This document shows, one piece after another, positions 15,001 through 64,000 of a DNA stretch of 64,000 nucleotides. Below the pieces are notes generated by a model. It was not told the origin of the DNA. It saw only the letters and a list, made by a program, of their open reading frames with translations, and made no database searches. The translations under genes and the position numbers were made by a program. The stretch comes from Antedon mediterranea (lineage: Eukaryota > Animalia > Echinodermata), in NCBI RefSeq assembly GCF_964355755.1, contig NC_092679.1, positions 2,262,201 to 2,326,200 on the forward strand, read 5' to 3'. The stretch's first letter is position 1; every line of letters starts with the position of its first letter.

Positions 15001-18000
15001 AGGGGTATTCCACTAAAAATTCTTCTTTTTGTAATTGCCCCTCACCAGTGTGAGAAAAGGGCTAATGTTGGTTTATCCAGCTAAGAAGGCAATTAGATAT
15101 GATGTATTTCAAATGGGTCTGAAAATCAAAACTGATGACAAAAGTATGATGTGCTCAAATATGGTAGTGATGTGCTCAAATATGGTAAGTGATGTGCTCA
15201 AATATGGTAGTAATGTGCTCAAATATGATAGTAATATGTACAAATATGGTAGTGATATGCTCAAATATAGTAGTGATATGACATCACCATGTCTATATAT
15301 GAGTACATCACATTTTGATTGTGTAGACAAAGCTTTAAACTGTCTGGCTAAAATAACTACCTATAAATTGAGTGGGAATGTTTGCTTTCCAGGCCATCCA
15401 AATATTTTGAGGAGAGGCACAAGCATATCAATCTATTTTCTGCTAATTAAGGCATTGTTAAAACCACAAATATATCATTTTGTGAATTACTAGGCCAGCT
15501 ATGCTTGTTGTGCTGAAATGTGGTTAAATACAGGAAATGGACAATGTTAAAATAATTGTATAAACGTGATAGTATTTCTAATGCATTGCTGAAAAAAATA
15601 TACAGTATAGAGAGAAAAATATCTTAATCTAAAAAGGTCAACAGGAATTATAAAAAAAATACAATAACACAGACATTGAAATAAGACTTTACCTTTAAAC
15701 GAATCTCAAGTAGCAAGGTAATCTCAGGTGATATCATAGTAAATATAAACGGATTTAGAGGTCACGGAATGACCTTCGTATAATTGAGTGGTAAAATACA
15801 AAAAAAGTCCCAGAATAGAAATTTATGAATGAAGCCACTTTATTTAACAGACAATATCAATGACAATAGTCATTCTACTCAAAAGAAAACATAGCATTTA
15901 TCAGTTTGAATGTAGTGAACAGAGTGTGTGTGTGCTGACAAAGGTAAAGCACCACAAACTTTTAGAAATTCTGTACACAAAAAAAATTCATAAATTGTAA
16001 AATAAAACAAAACGCAAGATAATTATTTTTATGCAAATATTTCTTTATTATAATACAGGATAGACAAAAAAAAATCCAAGGAACAAACTTTTATTTCTAA
16101 AGTTTTTATTTATACAGAATTAGTAAATATTTCAAATAACTGTAGTGTCACACTTCTTTCCCACACATGGACGGGGCAAAACAGTCATGAAACTAGGCAC
16201 TAGCACAGGATTAAAACCTGGAACTTGGGATAGGCGCAGGCAAGCATGTTAAGCACCAAGCTACAGCTCTACTACATATTTTTAAAAAAACATAGAAATG
16301 TTGAGATCTGTAGTAAGCAGTGATTATTTTGGCAACCCACAGGGAAAGAGTCCAGGCATTAGTAACACACAATGGAAGTAAAGACAAATATACTTTATTG
16401 TTTAAAGGGCTGACTACCTTGAATCAGTCCATGCTTAAATCAACCCTGAATACAGCCTGCCTGAATACCAGTACAGAATTACAACTGTACCATAGGGTTA
16501 CCTTACCAGAAATGACTTTGTATCAGACATGATAATTTAAATGGTATAATCCCCTTGTAAAAATATACAGGTAGTTATAACATACTATAGTTACTCACAC
16601 TTCTTTGCGGCCTGCATTATTATTATTATTATTAGTCGTTTTACCGGATACACAAGCATTATTTACTACAATGGTGCGGTAAAACGTAAACATGTTACGC
16701 GCACATAAAGCAAACACTTACTGTACACTTAATATTATATGAATCTGGAATTTGATCGGAGCATTCCTAGATACAATTGTTGGGTTGTTAAAATCATTAT
16801 TATTCCACAATTAGGATTATCGATGCATAATTTACCGATAAACATAATCTGTTAATTTTTTAGAACATGACATTTCACCTACTGTACTCACCATAGTATA
16901 TTTCATACGTCCAACATTTGGCACGGCCCCTATACTATACACACATGCCCTCTACTGTAGACAAAGATTCAAGGCTGTATCCTTATTACACAAAGTTTAG
17001 GGTAGAGTAGATCGTGGCAAAGTTTATTTTACTATTTTCCCTTCGGTATTGATGGTCCATCCCTGACTTGACCCCTAGACTTGACCTTCAGTCACTGGCC
17101 GAATACTTTTTGTCATCGTTCTATCTTAGTGACAATCGGTTCAAAAGTTAGACACACACTACAAAAGATACTCTACAAACAATTCTCTACTTTACTGTAC
17201 ACGAACAATATTATATAAAAGTCCAACTTTATTAATACATTTTTTAATATTTAGTAATTTATGCACAACATTCAATATACTGTAAAAAGAGTTTATAAAC
17301 TTTAAATTTCGTCACATGACTGATTGCCTGCTGACTGGTATCACATGACCTTCTACCAATTTCCTTCACACAAAAGCAAACAGTGCCAACTGATTTAGGT
17401 AAATATACTAGATTAGATAATTTCCTCATGTTTCTGTGAATAAACCATTTTTTCAGCTAAGGAAAAGGCTTTTTCACTATCAGACCATCTATTTATACCT
17501 CCATGATCAGACCATGATTAGACAGAAGGCTTAAGTTGGACAATGGGTATATAAATTACTACGGTCCATAGTTGGACCTTATCAACCAAAGCTTAAAGAT
17601 GTATTGTCCCGTGAAACACAAAAAAATGAAGGTCAAAATATTCTAAAATTAAATTGGCCACATCAAAGTAATATTAAAGTTATTCACCTTAAGCGAAAAT
17701 TCGAGCCAAAAACAACAATTTTACGTAATTAACAGCTAAATTAATTTGATTACATTTCGTCTGGATAATCGTCCCGAGCGAAAGTAAACAAAGATTTCAA
17801 ACCATGAGTATACATTATGCATGATGCTAATTAGGATTGTTTACAACAACAGATGAGAAGGTGTTTTCACACAGATCGCGAGGAAGTTTTATGATTATGC
17901 ATACAGAGTAGCCAAATAAGCGCGTTGCATTATGAGATATGTTTTGATAGAAAACTTTGACTGGAAGTCAAAGTTATTTTTTGCACCAAAAAACGTCTGT

Positions 18001-19512
18001 ATTTCAGTTATATGATTTTTTTTCCGACTTATTTTTGGTGAAAATGAATAACTATTATGATACTTCCCCTTCAAAATGACCCACTTTTTTTCAAAATCTT
18101 TTGGAATTTGACAAAGGGACAATACATCTTTAAATGTTTAATCTTTATAAACAATTTAGTTTTTTGTTTTACCATACAATTAATTGTTAGCCTTAGCACA
18201 ACTTAACCGATTGTTGGTAGTTGAACATAATAATCTCAATGGAAATAAGCTATTATTAAGCTTTTTGGCCAATCCTGGAAAATCTTTTTTAAATGTTTTA
18301 TTTGTAATGTCATTGTCAGTAAAATTTATGTTCACTTTGTCTTTTTTTATGATGATTTTCCTAATAAATTCAAATACAAATTGGTGCATTAGCAAAAGCA
18401 AATTCTGCGATACATCATAACATGTTACGTGTATATCATGGACATCCTTAACTTACACTTTACATGATACAGATGACACATGTGATGCACATGGGATGCT
18501 ATATAATGGAATTTGCCTATGATATTGGTGAAATATGTGATAAGAAAATAAACTATTCATACATTATTATATTATGTACAGTATCTTCAGATGATAGGAA
18601 TACTGTACTAAGGAAGTTATTTGTAATACAGTAATTACCATTGTCATCTAGATCATTTTACAGATAGATACAGTAATTCACAGTAACTTATTAAATTAGT
18701 CTATAAAAGACGGAGTAACAGCTTGCTTTTATAAACTTGATAATTGGATAACAATATTATTATATATTATTATTTCTATTTAATTAATGTTAATGAATTA
18801 GTTTCTAAAGTTAATACAATAATGGACCTTGAAAATTAATTGTATATGCAAATTTTAAGATGGAATTTTGATAGTACTGCATAATGCCAGTGTGATGTGC
18901 CCAAATATGATAGTGATATGCCCAAATATGGCAGTGGTATGACATCAACATGTCCATATACGGGCACATCACATTTTTTTGTCACATAAAGTTGATAGTG
19001 GCTTAATGCCATAACAATGAATTATACCAGGGAGTAATTAGTTTAATTTAATTAATTAGTAATTACTGTATTAGTATTATAATATTATTATAACTCTCTG
19101 AATTACACAAACCAGAAATGGTCTTGGTAGTCTATGAGTGCCGCTTACCTGGATAAACTGACATTAGCCCCTTTTCCAAGTGGGAGACAATATATGAAAA
19201 GAATTTTTTTAGTGGAACACCCCCACCTATCAATTGGACAGTCTAGTCGGACCATCCCCACGTATAACCGATATCATTTCTTCTCGAAGATAGTTGATAA
19301 CTAATCAACATGAACTAAAATAAAATTGAATATATAAACGCACCTAGAAAAATATACGAATGAATTTTGTGCGAGAAGAGAAATGAATGAATATTAATGA
19401 ATGATCATCTTACCTTCTTCGTTTCTTGTGAACTCTTTGAAGGAATGATGACGAATTGGTCCCATTTCCTCTTTAAGTTCGGAACTTGATTTTCATCACT
19501 TTTTGCTTCCAT
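1..19512 (-). CDS. LYST: Lysosomal-trafficking regulator (Chediak-Higashi/beige homolog), 5' part of multi-exon gene; PH/BEACH/WD40 region lies beyond left edge
   Basis: Exons in transcript order: 19512-19414, 14885-14794, 14595-14409, 13402-13312, 13077-10373, 10026-9856, 9663-9528, 8536-8267, 7516-7407, 7110-6587, 4386-4251, 3910-3739, 3561-3368, 3208-2957, 2714-2541, 2241-1960, 1790-1592, 1435-1121, 1004-694, 512-343, 50-<1. All GT-AG with phases joining in one frame. Motifs recalled from human LYST: REFMSDV..QYLIQGRGWLIL, FDLCLVLLSLLEK, CLKRTHRQCDYSTYMHHHH, GYEAD, GFNLLANQL. Confidence 0.93.
111..270 (+). mobile_element. tRNA-derived SINE
   Basis: A-box TAGCTTGGTGG, B-box GGTTCAATCC; shared body with 52004 and 63730 copies. 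Confidence 0.75.
343..512 (-). CDS. LYST: LYST exon (GFNLLANQLHQY)
   Basis: ORF 312..509; GT-AG. Confidence 0.88.
694..1004 (-). CDS. LYST: LYST exon
   Basis: ORF 625..915 frame; GT-AG. Confidence 0.85.
1121..1435 (-). CDS. LYST: LYST Ser/acidic-rich exon
   Basis: 3' part of ORF 1005..1829; TGTAG acceptor, AAG|GTAAA donor. Confidence 0.78.
1592..1790 (-). CDS. LYST: LYST exon (FLLAVHP)
   Basis: 5' part of ORF 1005..1829; GT-AG. Confidence 0.85.
1960..2241 (-). CDS. LYST: LYST exon (ILLDSCC...WKLWENAEHGVWETL)
   Basis: ORF 1927..2256; GT-AG. Confidence 0.88.
2284..2429. mobile_element. Harbinger-type MITE copy
   Basis: Same TIR and internal sequence. Confidence 0.82.
2541..2714 (-). CDS. 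LYST: LYST exon (VVEKTSEGQVQAKALKVL)
   Basis: GT-AG, 174 nt, phase 0. Confidence 0.85.
2957..3208 (-). CDS. LYST: LYST exon (…AVHELGGISVFLYLFAR)
   Basis: Open 252-nt frame between TTCTAG and AGG|GTAAAG. Confidence 0.85.
3368..3561 (-). CDS. LYST: LYST exon (FHLHTMGPDY)
   Basis: ORF 3350..3550; GT-AG. Confidence 0.85.
3739..3910 (-). CDS. LYST: LYST exon (CLLGH...WQMGNVLIFNG)
   Basis: ORF 3677..3904; GT-AG. Confidence 0.88.
4102..4232. mobile_element. Harbinger-type MITE copy
   Basis: TIRs, TTA TSD; 18 bp from LYST exon end. Confidence 0.82.
4251..4386 (-). CDS. LYST: LYST exon (YWHHVSLAY)
   Basis: ORF 4233..4427; ConA-like WHH motif; GT-AG. Confidence 0.85.
5150..5389 (+). mobile_element. 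3' end of L2/CR1-group LINE
   Basis: TKTDG..F.SAA..LWNDLP..FKS.LK remnant followed by (TAT)n tail. Confidence 0.7.
5603..5950. repeat. ~63-bp minisatellite (5-6 copies) with internal palindrome
   Basis: TAGGCCATAGAGATATGATATCTCTATGGTTAGGCCTATCATGAGCTACTGTAGGCTGGCTATT. Confidence 0.9.
6335..6537. mobile_element. Short Kolobok-like MITE, same TIR family
   Basis: AGATGTATTGTCCCC...GGGGACAATATATCT|TTAA. Confidence 0.75.
6587..7110 (-). CDS. LYST: LYST exon (start of ConA-like region, WPPVGKGFGLTIWMRV)
   Basis: ORF 6550..7116; GT-AG. Confidence 0.88.
7407..7516 (-). CDS. LYST: LYST exon (VQDLLLELF...SADELRQFL)
   Basis: ORF 7398..7652; GT-AG. Confidence 0.85.
8267..8536 (-). CDS. LYST: LYST exon (RALLYPEVCRMVLELL)
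   Basis: ORF 8217..8729; GT-AG, phase 1/1. Confidence 0.85.
8748..8882 (-). mobile_element. Penelope-like repeat remnant with degenerate minimal hammerhead motif
   Basis: Minus strand TGCA-CTGATGA-AGGGC-TAGTGTT-GCCC-AAAAGC-CC-TGC; homologous to 34025-34165. Confidence 0.55.
9528..9663 (-). CDS. LYST: LYST exon (…GAAGYEADNEKDD…)
   Basis: ACAG acceptor, CAG|GTGAG donor, GYEAD motif. Confidence 0.82.
9856..10026 (-). CDS. LYST: LYST exon
   Basis: ORF 9766..9984 frame; AAG|GTAAAG donor; weak AAAG acceptor. Confidence 0.72.
10373..13077 (-). CDS. LYST: LYST giant 2.7-kb exon
   Basis: 874-aa ORF 10340..12964 extends in frame to acceptor at 13078; GTG|GTAAG donor; Cys/His-rich LYST motif. Confidence 0.93.
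13312..13402 (-). CDS. LYST: LYST exon (ALSCINVDLGNLLITL...)
   Basis: Splice sites and phase; resembles human ALTCREELLTLLL. Confidence 0.8.
14153..14468 (-). repeat. ~81-bp tandem repeat of LYST exon 3' end + splice donor (3 intronic copies + exon)
   Basis: CAG|GT donor repeated at 14409, 14329, 14248, 14164. Confidence 0.92.
14409..14595 (-). CDS. LYST: LYST exon (TREFMSDVHELA...QYLIQGRGWLILNTLHNLATQ)
   Basis: Resembles human LYST N-terminus (AREFLTDV...QYLVHGRGFLLL); TTCTAG acceptor, CAG|GTATAG donor. Confidence 0.9.
14794..14885 (-). CDS. LYST: LYST exon (EKQLCLEDFLHLFL...)
   Basis: TTCAG acceptor, TG|GTGAG donor, phase 0 to 2 fits neighbours. Confidence 0.75.
16140..16275 (-). mobile_element. 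tRNA-derived SINE (diverged, minus strand)
   Basis: Reverse complement begins AGTAGAGCTGTAGCTTGGTG...CATGCTTGCC. Confidence 0.55.
17597..18129. mobile_element. Kolobok-like MITE, same TIR family
   Basis: TTAA|AGATGTATTGTCCC...GGGACAATACATCT|TTAA. Confidence 0.82.
19414..19512 (-). CDS. LYST: LYST first coding exon (MEAKSDENQVPNLKRKWDQF...)
   Basis: ATG at 19512 (AAAATGG context), acceptor at 19537-38, donor AAG|GTAAG at 19414; 33 codons in phase with the next exon. Confidence 0.72.
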
Positions 19513-20997
19513 TTTACTTTGTCACTAAATCTGCACCTAAAATAGAAATCAATGTATCCACTGGTATAAATGAAAGAAAATAATCAGTCAACAATGTTTT
19601 ATGAGATAATTTCAATTTATGGTTTCAGGTCATTTAATTGACGCTAAATATCTGCTGGTGGTACATTTAGAACAGCGTGAATTGGCTTTGCATTTACACA
19701 TAATTATTATAATTAATGTTATTTCAATAAATTATAAAATAAACTTGCTTTTAGTTGTAAAGTGTGCATTGTCCACCAAAACATAAAAAATACAGATTAG
19801 TCAAAATCAAACTTTGAATATATTCCATTTTTATTCACTAACAAGACTGATTTCACTCACAAAAATACAAAATAAATAATAAATAGTTAAATTTAATCAA
19901 AAACTCATTAACTTACAGACATATGGTCTTCCGATTTACTATATTATTATTCATCATTAACAATTTTTTTTAGGGTTTTCTATCAAATTTATGGTCAAAG
20001 TCATTATCTTTAATTAATTATACATATGGTTTACGGATGATACCACTGGCCTGGAGGGAGTCTTAGAAATGATATTACTTGTGTTCTCCCCTCAAATGAG
20101 AAAAAGTCTACATGTTGGTGTATCCATGTAAGCTAGGCACGAAATAGACAAAGTAATTATACGTGCACACTTCTCAACATGCTATAATAAATTTCATTCA
20201 GGCAGTAATTTCTGTCGTAAATAGAACATTTCAGCAGCCTTTTTACACGCTGTGCACATGTTTTTGAGTGCAACAGCTGTGTAGTATATTGCTCGGCATG
20301 AAAATAAACGGCCATCATGCTGTTTGTACGGACATTGAAATCAGAACTTTTTGTGGCGTGGGCCCCGTTGACTTGTTCAATATTGTGTTTTGCGATGGGG
20401 TTTCCCATAATTTTGTATGTAAATCTGTATGGTATATATCTCTATTTATTATAAATACTGTATATGTTCATAATTTATCCAAATTTCCATAGATATTAGT
20501 GACATTTCGTAGTAAGAGATTGAGGACCCTGCCATGTTGAAACATGGATAGCAAAATAATGGTCAATAAGCCAATTATAATCTACTACCGTGCTGCAAAA
20601 AAAAAAATTTAATCAGAAAGAAATATATTAATATGTGCATGCAGGCACAGACCAAGTCGAGTCTGTTAAAATGTGGAACCTATTTATCTTATATAATTAT
20701 TATATATAAATAATAAATATGCTTAGACTATAAGTAGGCCTCGTATAGGCTACTGCTGGTACATGGTAAAAAGATCTAGGCCTAATAAGTAATAGGTAGT
20801 CCCTACTTAGGCCCACTGTAGTGCTTCTAGCTGGCTACCATCCATACCCTCTGGGCATCTATGCCTTAAAACTGATTAAACTAGCCTACTTTTAGCCTAG
20901 ATATGCAAGAAGGGTTTCAGATCCGTCATTCATTCGACGTGGTTGGCTACTGCTTGGCATAATTATTTTTTTTAAATAAATGTACAGTAATACTTAC

Positions 20998-21150
20998 GAT
21001 AAGAAAATACATTCCACTAATTAAAATATATTAAACTTGTTATAAATCATGCATGACTTTCCACTTTTTATAATTTTGCTGGCTAATCGGTTAGATACCA
21101 GCATTTAATGAATGGAAATCATTTCGTGTGTGTTTTCCGTAGTTTTTGTT
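20998..21150 (-). other. LYST: Probable non-coding first exon (5' UTR) of LYST
   Basis: GTAAGTA donor at 20997-20991; the ATG exon has an acceptor so an upstream exon is required; TSS approximate. Confidence 0.5.
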
Positions 21151-22450
21151 TATGAGTGTCAAAGGTTATGAAATATTTATAGAGGGCAGCAGACTGGTTT
21201 TTGACGAACTCAATGACTCTAACAGTTATGGAGCGCCATTTTTGCCTTTAATGCATGCGTTATGTTATAATAATAATACTTAACTATTTTCTCACGAAAA
21301 ACACTTGGTCTATACAGGATTACTGGATAAATGGTAAGTTTTTGACGATAAAGCGTATTCGCATCTACACAAATTAGGATGTACACATTTTTAAAATGTT
21401 GCATTGCATCGGAAATGTTCCCAAATTGGTTAGTCGTTTAAGTAGCAAAAAGTTTGAAAAGAAAACAACAAATTAGTAGTAGTTTGACTAAAGTTTCCTG
21501 CTTGTGACTAATGAATTTTTTAATATGCATATATTATTTGGCCAAAAAAAGCTACACCCTTCGTCCAGTGATATGGAATACATTATAGGATTAATTGTTA
21601 AGAATAAAAGCAGGATGGATGAATTTTGGCAGACACAAACACATGCTGACTGACAAAAATATACCAATGTCACTGAGAAATAAATTATTTAACCATGTGT
21701 GCTATCAAATATGACATATGGTTCAGAGACATGGGAACTTGATCAGAAACTTACAACTACACTCAAAGAGCAATGGAAAGAAAGATGATGAACTTATCGC
21801 TTCGAGACAGAGGGTAAATCATACTATCATCAGAAAAAATGGAGAAGGGCTGGGCATATGGCAAGATTTCAAGATAATAGATAGACATACAGATTAACAG
21901 AATTGCAACCAAGGGTAGGAAAGAGGAAGACGAAGACAGAAAAGAAGGTGGAGAGATGGTCTATCAACATACATTGGAACAGCTGCATGGACTAGGACAG
22001 CAAGAATTGGACAGAAATGGAAATGTTATGAGGAAGGCTTCATTCAACATATTCCTAGATAGATAGGATTAATTCAGACCTACGGGTGAATTTATTTATC
22101 TTTTTTTGTGTAGAAGGACAATTTATGTTCTATTTCTTTGGTGGAAGGCAGAGAGATTTTTTTTCTGTTGTAAAAATAATAAGGAAGGAGAAAAATAAAC
22201 AAAGAAACAAAAAAGTAAACACTGCCCTCTTTTTTGAGTTAGCAGACGATACTCTCTCGCGACACTCGTGTCGTCCGTGTGTGAAGGCTGCTGCTGCTGC
22301 TGCTGCTGCTACTACCGTCACGCCAAAGTTTGAACGGAAATAGGACGTGGTCTGACGCCGTGAGTGGCACGGTTTTCTTCGGCTGGAGACCGAGTCTCGT
22401 AGCTATAAAAAATTACATTCTTTATTTCTGTTTAGTGCAATTTAAACAAC
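21150..22450. promoter_or_regulatory. Divergent promoter region between LYST and GALNT2
   Basis: Head-to-head 5' ends ~1.3 kb apart; CpG-rich patch 22240-22400 with TCTCGCGA and (GCT)n; CTGCCCTCT motif upstream of each gene in transcription orientation (21181-21189 minus; 22222-22230 plus). Confidence 0.6.
21625..22067 (+). mobile_element. Degenerate 3' end of RTE-clade LINE
   Basis: Frameshifted remnants: IPMSLRNKLFN, MTYGSETW, TQRAMERKM, KWRRAGHMAR..DNR, RQKRRWRD; TAGATAGATAG tail. Confidence 0.8.
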
Positions 22451-63600
<41,150 letters not shown>

Positions 63601-63729
63601 GTAAGTCGTTTTTACATTATAATAAAATCTAAAGATAAATATACTGTATCTGTAGAAAGTATACACAAATGGCAGTATCAATTTATATATGACTAAAGAA
63701 AAAAATAAGAAAATGGTAGTGTTTAATTT

Positions 63730-63920
63730 AGTGGAGTGTAGCTTGTATTAGAGCTGTAGCTTGGTGATAACTAGCTTGCCTTCCAATCCTAAGGTCCAGG
63801 GTTCAATCCTGACCTAGTGCCAGGGTTGTTGCTCACGACTCTTTCAACTCCCTAAACCTCAAATGAGCAAATTATAAAATAGTTTATCCATCCTGTAATT
63901 GGCGAGTTGCTTGCTGTTGT
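63730..63920 (+). mobile_element. tRNA-derived SINE
   Basis: A/B boxes, homologous to 111-270. Confidence 0.75.
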
Positions 63921-64000
63921 GTGTGTATGAAATTTTTTTAAAGTGCTAACTCCACCTTTTTTTTAACTAGCTATCATACAACCAAGAACTCTGATATAAC

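Noticed and set aside
22086-22343. Poly-Ala ORFs on both strands
   Set aside because: (GCT)n microsatellite in the GALNT2 promoter/5' region.

Overview
AT-rich, intron-rich metazoan genomic DNA. It is most likely a marine invertebrate deuterostome such as an echinoderm; this is inferred from composition, gene content and repeats. Two genes sit head-to-head. (1) LYST (lysosomal trafficking regulator, BEACH family) is on the minus strand: probable non-coding exon 1 at ~20998-21150, ATG at 19512, and 19 phase-consistent GT-AG coding exons running off the left edge. (2) GALNT2 (polypeptide GalNAc-transferase 2) is on the plus strand: ATG at 22451, 10 coding exons to 63600, with the lectin domain beyond the right edge. 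GALNT2 intron 1 holds an intact, very young Mag-like Ty3/Gypsy retrotransposon (identical 178-bp LTRs, TGAGC TSD, 1328-aa gag-pol) nested in a TTAA-flanked Kolobok-like DNA element. Introns carry about 20 Harbinger-type MITEs, tRNA-derived SINEs, RTE and L2 LINE remnants, a mariner-like MITE, two Penelope-like repeats with minimal hammerhead motifs, and several minisatellites. The most unusual observations are: intronic tandem copies of a LYST exon end plus splice donor, one differing from the exon only at synonymous sites; a 39-copy array made purely of a MITE terminal inverted repeat; and TAGGCCTA clusters that seem to mark promoter-proximal regions. No CRISPR or prokaryotic system is present, and I cannot establish a wholly new system from sequence alone. 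All gene models were read by eye.
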